Shown here piece after piece: positions 22,866 through 34,100 of a DNA stretch of 64,000 nucleotides. The stretch comes from Minutocellus sp. GHC0000111 (Eukaryota). Location: contig OZ361261.1 of the NCBI GenBank assembly GCA_977018835.1, positions 1,984,001 through 2,048,000 of the forward strand, in the 5' to 3' direction. Below the pieces are notes generated by a model, which did not search any database, had not been told where the DNA came from, and saw only the letters and a program-made list of their open reading frames with translations. Position 1 is the stretch's first letter. Each line of letters opens with the position of its first letter. The position numbers and the translations under genes are program-made.

Positions 22866-25800
22866 TTAGCTGTCCAGCAATTCAACCGGAGTTTTTCCGC
22901 TCTTGTCCTTATCCTGGATCGGAACACCATGCTTCATCAACAACTTCACAATTTCTTGGTTCCTGCTCTCAAACGCCCACCACATCGGGCCCCGACCATC
23001 GGAGCTTCGAAGGTACGCCATGATTGGCTCCCGTTCGAGCCAGGCTGTCAACTCGGCGATGTTATTTTGCGACACCAACTGCCACATGGCAGTGCTCTCG
23101 TCAGAGTCTTCGAGCTTATTGTAAACGGCGTCGATCTCTGTCTGCGTTGGCTTGGGCGCACTGGCCCCCGACGCTGAAGATGCCGCTGCAGCAGCTCCCT
23201 CCTTGGCAGCCTGCTCGGCGGCTCTCTTGGCCTTTTGAGGATTGTTGAGGTTCTCAAAGTACTTCTTCGTGTACTCCTCATCTTTCTCATTCTTGTTGAA
23301 GTCTTCGAGCTGGGCGAAATCCTTCTTTCGGCTCAGAACCTCCTTAAGCGCCGGAGGGTACTGGCCGGGGCAGAACCAGGAGCCCGGTACATCGCATCTT
23401 CGATTCTTCTGGTCGGCGACCCAACGCTTCGATTCCTCTGAAACGCCCTTGAGCTTGTAGATGCGAACCTTGCCATATTTGGACCGATAGACCTCCTCGA
23501 ATTTGTCCTCGGGGGCAGTCACTCCAGGTCGAATTTTGTGAGAATGAAGTTTGTATAAGAAGGACTGGGCCATCATAGGAGAGGGCATGCCCTGGCGGGA
23601 CATGCCAAAGGCACGACAGGTGGGGTCGTCAGGGCAGTGCTCCCGGTACACACTATTGGCAATACGGGCAAGATGCGGACTCTTGGCCAAATCATCACCG
23701 CCGCCTCCGCCCCAAACCAGAACGTAGTCCGCCAAGTGCCGGGCAATCTCGTAACTCTCCTCCATATCTCCAGTCAAAATCTTCCCCAAAAGGGCAATAT
23801 GCTCGTGATTCCAAGTGTTGCCGTCGGCAATAGTCGTGCGGTTGGAAATGCCGGTGATCTGATATCCATAATCCCACCAAGCCATGACGCGTGCGTCGGC
23901 AGGGGTATTGTCGCGCAACCACCAGTATGCCTCGCGGTAATCATCAACATACACGACCTCACCACTCTTCAGCTGACCCTTGAGAATGATTGTGGGGTTC
24001 GAAAGCGAAGCCGAAATGGCCCACGAGTAATCCTTGAACTGAGTGCAAGCCAAGAACAGCACGATGAAGAGAGTGGCAGCCACCATCTTCTTTACGGTCT
24101 TGCCATCCTTGGAGTTGGAAAACTCATTCATTCCGTCCGAAAGGGCGTCAAAACCGGCAAAGCTGCTGTCTTTCTTCTCGATCTTGGCCTTCTTGCCTCT
24201 CTTGGAGGGGGTAGTGCCTCCGCTCTGACCCTTTCCGCTAGTTGAGGCATCACCTTCTTCGTCATCCCAAATCTGCTGGACTCCCCAGGCAACAATCCGC
24301 CCTGCGACAATGCCACCCAATGCGGCAGCAATTGGCCCCGTCAAGAGAATCAATCGGACCATCTTGTGGCTGAAGAAGTAGGCCGCAGTGGCATACACCA
24401 CCAAGAATGATGGGCCGTCGCCGAAATTCAAAGTCACCAGCAAGAGACCGATGGGAGCCAACGTACAAAGGTGGTGCAAGTACTGAAAGTACGCCTTGTT
24501 GTTGGCCGGTTGATGCTCAGCGACGGAATCCACCAAGGGATTGCCCGTCTTGGTATGCTTGACGAACAGTCCGCGGACACGAGAGGAAATGGGGCCAAAG
24601 TATCCCTTGGGTGTGAGAAGGATGAGCAAGATGATGCCAACGACCGCGCACACGGAAATGACCTTGAAGCGGAGCTTCCATGCATCGGCCCGTCCCAGCT
24701 TCTTCTTGAGGCGGACAACCTCGCAGTAGTACAGGACTTGGTATCCGACAAAGACCAGGGCAGGACCGAGCTGTTCCAATGATTTGAGCGGGGTCCATCC
24801 GACGACGGGCACTTGGATGGCCAGGGCCGTGCCGACCGCGTAAAACAGACTGTACGACAGATACACCTTGCGAGAGAATCGTCCCATGAGGACCAGGACG
24901 GCGGCGTGGCAGCCCACCAGGTTCAAAACAAAGACATATCCACCCCAGGCAGCGACCATGTAAAAGTAGGCCAGGCCAGCCAGGGCACCGAAGAAATGGC
25001 TGTAGTTGTCGTCACCGGCACGGAGACTGCGGACCCAAAGCAGAAAGGTGAGGCTCATGGCACTGATGGCGACGGATTCGTTGTCGAAGCCACCACCGAC
25101 GGATCGCATGAGATGGGCAGGAACGACCGCCATGAAGCCCATGGCAAACACGGCACATTCCAGGGCGGGGGTGGACAGACCAAAGAGGACACGGCGGGAC
25201 GCCTGACCGGCGGGGTCGATGGTCGACGTGTCGGTCCGACGGCCCTTGAGCGCATCCACGAGGACACCGACGAGGGTGGTGCCGGTATTCTCGGGGAGGG
25301 AGCATTCGTAGGCCAGACAGCCGATGAGGAAGGTGGCGAGAGCGCCGAACCAGGCGGGCATGTAGCAGCAGACGTCGTTCAGGGACATGCGATCGCCGGT
25401 GAGGTAGTTCTTGATGTAGACAGCCGTGAATTGCATTCCGGGGTAGATGGTGGTTCCGACGGGCCGCCCGAGCGGATACCATGACTGATAATCGAACCAT
25501 TGGAAGAATTTCTTGGCGCCGTTCAGGTAGAGATACTGCGCAAAGGAGTGAGTGGGTGGAGAGCAGAAAGAGAAGGAAATATATGTGGTGAGACGCATTG
25601 GCTGGCTCCGTCCGATAAATTTGCTTTCTGGTGTGCCGGAAATGAATTATTGCTATTATTATTACAAAGATACGCAAAGAGACTACCCAACCCAGCATAT
25701 TCTGTATACTAGAGCAAGGCAATCGCTCCATGTTATCTGCGTTGGTATCAGCCTCTTTGTGCAACCAAATGCAAACATCAAGCACAAAGAATGCCTAAAA

Positions 25801-26116
25801 GCACATTATGACATACCTCGGTGGCGCGATAATTGAACCACGGGTCGAACTCATGGATGACCGGGCCGTACTCCTCGATGGCCTGCAGGCGGATCTTGTA
25901 GGCCCACCGGACGCAGAAGTATACGCCATACAAGAGGGCCGAGATCCACGTGAGGGAGAACAGGGCGGAGGACGCACCCGACGAGGCCGAGGATGATGAG
26001 GTGGAACCTGCTGCTGCCTTCTTGGCCTTGCCCTCGGTTGTGGGGGGTTTGCGGGAGGCTGAGGAGGCCGACGCCGCGGCGTCCGACCCGGAGGCCTTGG
26101 ACGACTTGGGCGGCAT
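22866..26116 (-). CDS. STT3: Oligosaccharyltransferase catalytic subunit STT3 with C-terminal ankyrin repeats
   Basis: Exons 26116-25817 and 25535-22866; IHEFDPWFNYRATE, DNES, SVAEHQP, WWDYG, DLAKSPH; tail DGRGPMWWA..DKSGKTPVEL. Confidence 0.95.
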
Positions 26117-26515
26117 TGCTTCGTGGCCGTCTTCTCTTTGGGGCGAAGAGCAAGCAGCCAAGTCAGCAGTCAATAGCAGTTGGACTGACTGGTGGTGTGG
26201 TTGCCTCCGCCGAATGCAAGAGCAACACACGATAATGCGATGGTAGGGGATCCCCGGGAAGGTCAGGGCGCCCCCTTAGGTCTGTCTGTCCGTCGACCCA
26301 GCCGGCTCGCTCTCGCCCACAGAAATCGAAAAGTCATGAGGCCGGCAGGCGCTAAGTTCTGGTCCATTTGAATTCCTGCTGCTGCATTGACTGCATTGTA
26401 TTGAGTAATTGAACCAAGAAGTCCTTGTGTTTCAATCCCCGCACGAATTTGCACTTCTTAATTCGCATCAAAATTCCGCATTCATTTCCAGCACATAACA
26501 CACCATAACAAAAAT

Positions 26516-28361
26516 ATGGCAGAAAGCAAGGAGTACCTCAAGCAGTCGTCCCAGCTGGGCAACCTCGGCCGTCCTCAGGTGGCCATCCTCGACTTTGGCA
26601 GTCAGTACTCGCACCTCATCGCTCGCCGGGTCCGCGAGCTCCACGTTTACTGCGAGCTGTACTCCTGCCTCGTTTCCGCCGAGGAGCTCGGCGCCCACGA
26701 CCTCACGGCCATCATCCTCAGCGGTGGACCCTCGTCGGTCTACGAGGAGGGCGCCCCCCACGTGTCGCAGGAGATCTGGGACCTCATCGCCGCCCGCAAC
26801 ATCCCCGTTCTGGGCATCTGCTACGGCATGCAGGAGCTGGCCCACACCTACGGCGGCAAGGTCGCTCCCGGCCAGAAGCGCGAGTTCGGCAAGGCCATGG
26901 TCAGCCGCGTCGAGGGCTGCGACTGCGGCCTGTTCGCTGGCATGCCCGCCGAGTTCCAGGTTTGGATGTCCCACGCCGACAAGCTCCATGAGCTTCCCGA
27001 GGGATTCAAGTATGTTGGTGAGTCTTTGTTTGTTTTCTGTGTTTTTTGGTATTCTGTAGCAGTATATACATGACGTGCAGTATATACATGACGTAGAGGA
27101 TGCTCGCGGATTGGAGAAGACCGGGTTTCCCTGCCTGTATCTACACCCATGACATGTGGTTTGGCATTTCGTTCTTATTTCTTGTGCAAATTCTCATCAT
27201 CTTTCGCCCTGAAATGAAATCAATCGACGCCCTTGCGCAGCCGGTACCGAGAATGCCGAATTCGTTGCCATGGAAAATCTTGAGAAGAAGATGTGGGGCC
27301 TGCAGTTCCATCCCGAGGTGACGCACTCCCCCCTTGGTAAGGACATCCTCAAGAACTTCGTCGTCAACATTTCCGGTGCCAAGCAGGATTGGGTCATGAC
27401 CGACTACGCCGAGGAGTTCATCCAGCAGGTGAGGGAGAAGGTCGGTCCCAACGGCAATGTTATCGGTGCCGTCAGCGGTGGAGTTGACTCCACCGTTGCC
27501 GCCGTCCTCATGAACAAGGCCATCGGTGATCGTTTCCATGCCGTCCTGGTCGACAATGGATGCCTTCGCAAGGATGAGGCCGTCAATGTCCTCAAGCGTC
27601 TCCGTGGTGACTGCGGCATCAACCTCAAGTGCATTGATGCCAAGGATCGATTCCTCAACCTACTCAAGGACGTCGAAGACCCTGAGAAGAAGCGCAAAAT
27701 CATCGGTACCACCTTCATCGAGGTCTTCCAGGAGGAGGCCGCACGTATCGTCGAGGAGACCGGACCCTGCGACTTTCTCCTCCAGGGCACGCTGTATCCC
27801 GATGTGATTGAGTCCATCTCGTACAAGGGACCCAGTGCTACCATCAAGACGCACCACAATGTCGGCGGTCTACCTGCTACCATGAAGCTGAAGCTTATTG
27901 AGCCTCTCCGTGAGCTGTTCAAGGATGAGGTCCGTGAGCTTGGAATTGCCCTCGGTATCGACGAAGTGAGTGTTTGGCGCCATCCCTTCCCCGGACCCGG
28001 CCTTGCCATCCGCATCCTGGGTAGTGTCACGGCCGAGCGTGTCAAGACCCTTCAGGAGGCCGATGCCATCATGATCGAGGAGCTGTACAAGTCTGGGCAG
28101 TACCGTGCCATCGGTCAGGCCTTCGTTGTTCTCCTCCCCGGTGTGAAGAGTGTTGGCGTGATGGGTGATGGCCGAACTTATGAGAACGTTTGCTGCATCC
28201 GCTGCGTGGAGACGACGCATTACATGACGGCCGACTTCTACCACCTTCCATACGAGGTCATGGGCAATATGTCGAGTAGAATTATCAATGAGGTTCGGGG
28301 CATCAATCGGGTCTGCTATGACATCAGCTCCAAGCCTCCCGCCACCATTGAGTGGGAGTAA
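26516..28361 (+). CDS. guaA: GMP synthase (glutamine-hydrolysing)
   Basis: join(26516..27017,27241..28361); [48 protein letters not shown]. Confidence 0.97.
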
Positions 28362-28674
28362 AGGTCAGAGTAATGCGCCAATGAAAGCAACAAAAATCGG
28401 AGATACTGTGAGAAAGATGAAATAGCAAAAGCACTCACACATAAGGCACCGTCTAATCTATCTAGTGTAGTAATCGTAAAAGGATAATACTGCTACTAAT
28501 ACTTGAGATTATTTGTAGTACCAGTCCTAAGCTAGACTAGATTTCCTTGTAAGCTTTCAGCCTCTTCCCGTACTTCCATGCACTTACGCAGAGCTCCCCA
28601 CTTCATGTACGCATTGTAGGCTTTGTCGTATTGAACTCTCGCGGGTGCTTCATTCCCAGACACTCGAAGGAGTG

Positions 28675-30760
28675 CCTCCGAACCCCTCCAAAGCATCTCA
28701 TCCTCGTCCCCGTATCCGTATCCGATATCCCTACTAATGCACTTGCAATAATGCGCCTCCTTCGACCCTAACTCTACATCTATTCATGATTTCGAGCACG
28801 CTCGATGAGATCTCACTAGTTGAAATTTTCCGACACCTGAAGCTAGTAAATGGCATAGATCTACAGAGTGATTTCACGAGAGAGCAGACACCCCCTCCGC
28901 GATGTTTCGTAAACATTGTACCAACTTCCTTTTATTGATGATCCTTACTCAGAAGGGTATTGTAGACCATAATCAACAATAAAAGGAAGTTGGTACAATG
29001 ATCTTGGTGCTCTTTTAGCACATGATATAGATACGGTATTAGAGTGTTTCTTTTGGTACACTATTGTTTGAAAATTTATTTTTATGTCGTAGAATACACT
29101 TGTGCTGTTTCAAGAAAGAAAAAGAAAAAATACATCAAACTTTATAACGAAACAAAACCCATTTCGTTCAACGAATGGGGCCACAACATGTGTCGCCGAC
29201 GTGCCTCCCATTGAGAACAATCAAGACTACGGGGCACCATACCCTTGTAATAGCCTTTCACAACACTGTGGTGCAGCAGGAGACTTGCAATTACTTTTTT
29301 GAGCCTTGAAAAATTCGTTCGAGTTAGACCCGATTTTTTCGACAGTTTCCGACGGGTGCGTCGGTGCGTGCCTGTACCGCGAAATGTGGCCCAGCGCCAT
29401 TACACCACCCATCCGAAAGTTGGTCCGGATGCTTTTATGCGGTCCATGCACCACTTCCGTTGCACTGAGCCGTCGACGCTTCACCCATATATATACCAAG
29501 CGCATTTGAGTGGGGGGTGGTGGCATTTCTTGACAATTCATAGAGAAAACTATTCCCAAAGTCCCGTGTCTGATGTCGGCACCAGATTTCACCTTCATTG
29601 CTTCTGCCGCCCGAGAGGAACGAAACCGGAGAAAGCGGCCAAACCAACACGTGAGATCGATGGATGTAATATAGAATGAGCATCGTGCGTGCTGATATTG
29701 CGTGAAGGAACAGTGGTTGAGGCTTGAAGGGGGTTGTAGTTGGGGATTTGCTACTTTCAGATGTTTTTGCTTTCCATGGTGACGGCCACAATGATACAAA
29801 GATGGGGCCCAATATCGACCCTCTGGCGCAAACTTGCTCCCAATATTACCCAAGTGAAAGTAATGCCGGTCAGGGAGGATTGAAATGGATGTAGACAAGC
29901 ATCAGCCATCATTCTTTGCCATTTTGAGGGTAAAAAAATATTGAAAATTTCTGGGCATGAGGAGATGTTGCTAAAATAGCACATGATGTACGAATGAGTT
30001 TGCTTTCAAGTATGCAATACTCACCTAACGCATGTAGTTGGCGTATACATCGGTTGGCTTGGAGTTATTTATCGTTATACCATCATTTGGTGGCCTTCTT
30101 GTGGATATGAATTCTCCTTGCTTTCGCCGTGTTGAGAGAGGCCATTTAGTGGGTTCATTTTTGCGCTGCATAAAGTATCGCAGAAAAAAATTCCTAGTGC
30201 CTTACTATTTACGGCGATTTTGTCGGCGGTCTCGTGGAATCACTCTATACACCTAAACGACCTCCGAACCCCCTCCAAAGCATCTCATCCTCGTCCCCGT
30301 ATCCGTATCCGATATCCCTACTAATGCACTTGCAATAATGCGCCTCCTTCGACCCTAACTCTACATCTATTCATGATTTCGAGCACGCTCGATGAGATCT
30401 CAGTTGAAATTTTCCGACACTTGAAGCTAGTAAATGGCATAGATCTACACCTAAACGACCTCCGAACCCCCTCCAAAGCATCTCATCCTCGTCCCCGTAT
30501 CCGTATCCGATATCCCTACTAATGCACTTGCAATAATGCGCCTCCTTCAACCCTAACTCTACATCTATTTCAATTTTCAACTCAATTTTTTGATGTTTAC
30601 AGCACTGTTTCAGTAAGTATGTAAATTGTCATAGATCTACACCTAAACGACCTCCGAACCCCCTCCAAAGCATCCCATCCTTGTCCGCACATCCGCATCA
30701 AATTTCCTGGCCAATGCACTCGTGATATCCCGTCTGCATCAGCCCTAACCCTGCATCTTC
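28675..30760. repeat. ~195-bp repeat family: one detached copy plus three tandem copies
   Basis: cctccgaaccc(c)ctccaaagcatctcatcctcgtccccgtatccgtatcc... at 28675; tandem units start at 30248, 30446 and 30638 (last one diverged). Confidence 0.9.
28914..29000. repeat. Inverted repeat, 29-bp arms (28/29 match), 29-nt loop
   Basis: cattgtaccaacttccttttattgatgat (28914-28942) vs atcaacaataaaaggaagttggtacaatg (28972-29000). Confidence 0.9.
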
Positions 30761-31193
30761 ACCTGTTCGTGGCCGAAAAAGTCTCTCGCCTCAAAACCAC
30801 TCTAAACCTAGCTACATGCGTAAAAGTCAACTCCTGCACCTGAACTTCACAAAGTCAATTCTTGCACCTTTAATTTTACGTAAAGTGCTGCCATTAACCA
30901 TGTGTACAAGATCGACTGGATTCCTATTGCGATCGTGTAAATGTCTACGCTACGTAGAGAGGAAAAATTGTCATCATAGAGGAAAAATTGTCATCATGCG
31001 CCAGATGCGTGCTGCAGAATAGCACTACGTACGTACATGTAGTAGGTCTGCTTGCATGATGTCATCTCGAAGCTAATGGCTCCTCAAAACATCACTTTCT
31101 GTCGATTGGCGCCCCCAACGCGCCATCGCAACACAACCACAGAGAAGATACGCCAGGTGCACGGACGGTACCGTTTCCTTTTATTACGCAGCC

Positions 31194-34100
31194 ATGGGTA
31201 ATTGTCTTTCATCTGGTGGTTCGGGTGCCGCGTCGGTGAGTTTTGTTGGATTTCAATGTAGTTTTCATCCCTTACCCGTTGTTCTGCCTGCTCCCACAAC
31301 AATTGAGCATCAGCTGACTGTTCGAACGATTTATTATGTATGTGTGTGATGACCAATCGTCATGCGCGGGTGCAGATCTGATTGATCTGTATGCAATGTG
31401 GGACTTCTCGTTCGTTGAGCCACGCTGGCACCACCCTCAGGTACTTTGTTTTCATTATACATCCTTTCATACTTTCGCCCCGTCGCCAACTGACAACATT
31501 GCATCATTCCAAACTTTCGCACTTATTATGCCGGTTCTCCACCTCCGTCGGACGCTTATTGTTCCTCACCCTCCCCGCCCCTGCGCATGGACAACAGAAG
31601 TCGGCCGCGACTCCACAGGCCGGTTCCGCTGGTGGTTCCAGTAAGGGAAAGAAGTTTGCCGACTGCTACAAGACTGGCAAGACTGTAAGTATTATTGTTG
31701 CCTTCTCGCCGGTCACAAGTCAAGTCATTCCAGCACTAATGTCGGCATTGGATCAATCATACATGTACCAACACAACAATTGGCCTCACACTGTCGTCGC
31801 CACTCATCTATTCTTTCCCCACACACTCACAGCTTGGCGAGGGTGCGTTTGCCGTTGTGAAGCAGGGCACCAAGAAGGGCACTTCCGAGTCATATGCCAT
31901 CAAGATTGTGACCAAGGCCAAGCTGACCGAGGAGGATGATTAGGCGCTGCAGGATGAGATTAGCATCCTCATGGAAATGCGTCATCCGCACATCATTCGG
32001 CTGTACGAAACGTTTGAGGATCCTAAGTTTTATTATCTGGTGACCGAGGCGATGTACGGCGGAGAGCTGTTCGATCGCGTCGTGGCCAAGTCGTACTACA
32101 ACGAGAAGGAGGCTCGCGATGTGACCAAGATTCTGCTCGAGGCGCTCAAGTATTGCCATTCGCAGCAGGTTGCGCACCGTGATCTCAAGCCCGAGAATTT
32201 GCTTTTGCAATCTCCCGATGATGATTCGCAGCTCAAGATTGCCGACTTTGGATTCGCCAAGAGATGTACCGGCGGTGACGAGTGCTTGACCACTCAGTGC
32301 GGTACTCCTGGGTATGTTGCTCCCGAGATTTTGGAGGGAGTGCCGTACGGTACCCAGAGTGATATGTGGTCGATCGGTGTTATTGTCTACATTCTGCTTG
32401 GCGGATATCCTCCGTTCATCGAGCAAGATCAGAAGCGTCTCTTCTACCGTATCCGCAAGGGACAGTACGAGGTGAGTTTGCTTGTGACTGTATATAGGAA
32501 TTCATGCTTTGATATGTGTTTTGTGCCACAAACATATTTCGACTAATGATTGTGATACATGATGAAATTTCACAGTTCCACGAGGAGTACTGGGACAGCG
32601 TCTCCAAAGATGCCAAGGATTTGATCTCGTCGATGCTCACGGTCGATCCAAGGAAGCGCATTACTGCCAAGCAGGCTCTTAGCAACTCGTGGATTACCGG
32701 ATCGGATGCCAAGCTTGCGGCGATGGATTTGGGCAAGAATCTAGAGGAGTTCAAGAAATTCAACGCCAAGCGCAAGTTCAAGGCTGCCGTCAAGGGTGTG
32801 ACGGCAGCCAATATGATGAAGAAGTTCATCGGCGGTGCCAAGGGTACCAGCCTTGAGCGGAAATTGACCGAGGATGATGTCGCCGATCTCAAGGAGACAT
32901 TTGACATGTTTGACAAAGATGGAGGCGGATCGATATCTCAATCAGAGCTCAAGTCTGTGTTCGACCGTTTGGGCATGAAGGTATCAGATGACGAAGTGAT
33001 GGAAGTTATCAAGTCTGTTGATGAGAACTTCGACGGCGAAGTGGATTTCAACGAGGGTGAGAAATAATTGTTTCGAGAATTTTGTTGTGAATTCCTTCCT
33101 GTGTGTTATGCCTCGCTTTGACTCATCATTGCTCTATTTCGTATTTCGTATATCTCTGCAATTGCAGTGAGTCTTTTAATTTGGGGTTTGGCTATGGCTA
33201 TGGCTTAGAGGTATTGTTTTGCAACGAGTTGTGTTTATTCCGGCCATTCGATTTTGTGCTACTGGCGGTTGATACCGTCCGACAAGTCCCGATAGCAGCA
33301 ATCTTTTGGCAATGTGATTGGACTTGGTATGTGAGTACCCCTGTACAGTATGATTACATGATCGCACAGAATGCATTCTATTGTTTGGTTACAACTGATC
33401 TTCTCGTTGCCACTACCTCACCTCCGATCCCTCCGCGTACCACTGTTCTCAGTCGGTCTTGGCCTTTGGCTTCTTGTCCAAGTCACCTCCGTCACCAGCG
33501 GCACCACACTCACCAGCGGCGGAGGCAGCAGCATTCTTTTTCTTGAGGCGATGGCCTTGCAGATACTTGAGCTTTCTGATGTGAGCGTCGAAAGCTGGCT
33601 GCACCCAGCAATAGGCAAATTCTGGCTTTCTGAGCCACGGATGGTCCTTGATCAGCCGCTTCTTGGTGTATGGGCTCGTGTCACTACGGAGGGCGACCTT
33701 GCGGTCGCGGACCAGATCGAGGGCGCCTTCATACTCGACCAACGCGCAGGAGAATATTCCACCACGACCACGGCTGGTATGCTCGCCCGCACCGATTCTC
33801 TGCCAGAGGCGACGTTTGTCGAACCGGTACTCGTATTGGGCGAGCTCCTCGGCATCGAACGCCAGCTGCTCGCGACCTACCCCCGTGTGCAGCATACGAA
33901 TGGAAATGATACCACCACTACCGAAATCGTCCACAGAAAGAGGCGTTCCATCGATTTTGAGGACGAGCGGCCCGCGATGGGCTCGGAGCATGTGAGCAAT
34001 GTGCTCATTGCCTCTTTGGCCTAGGCCCGGACCCATGTACCCACCCTTCGAGGCCATGACCAACGAGGTGGGCTGAGCTCTCTCCATAAAGGCCTTGGTC

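Noticed and set aside
28400..30800. Diatom-type low-GC centromere
   Set aside because: By eye only moderately AT-rich and patchy; cannot be supported without a GC profile or CENH3 data.
27059..30997. Short tandem duplications (~19 bp at 27059, 20 bp at 30958)
   Set aside because: Ordinary slippage duplications with no further structure.
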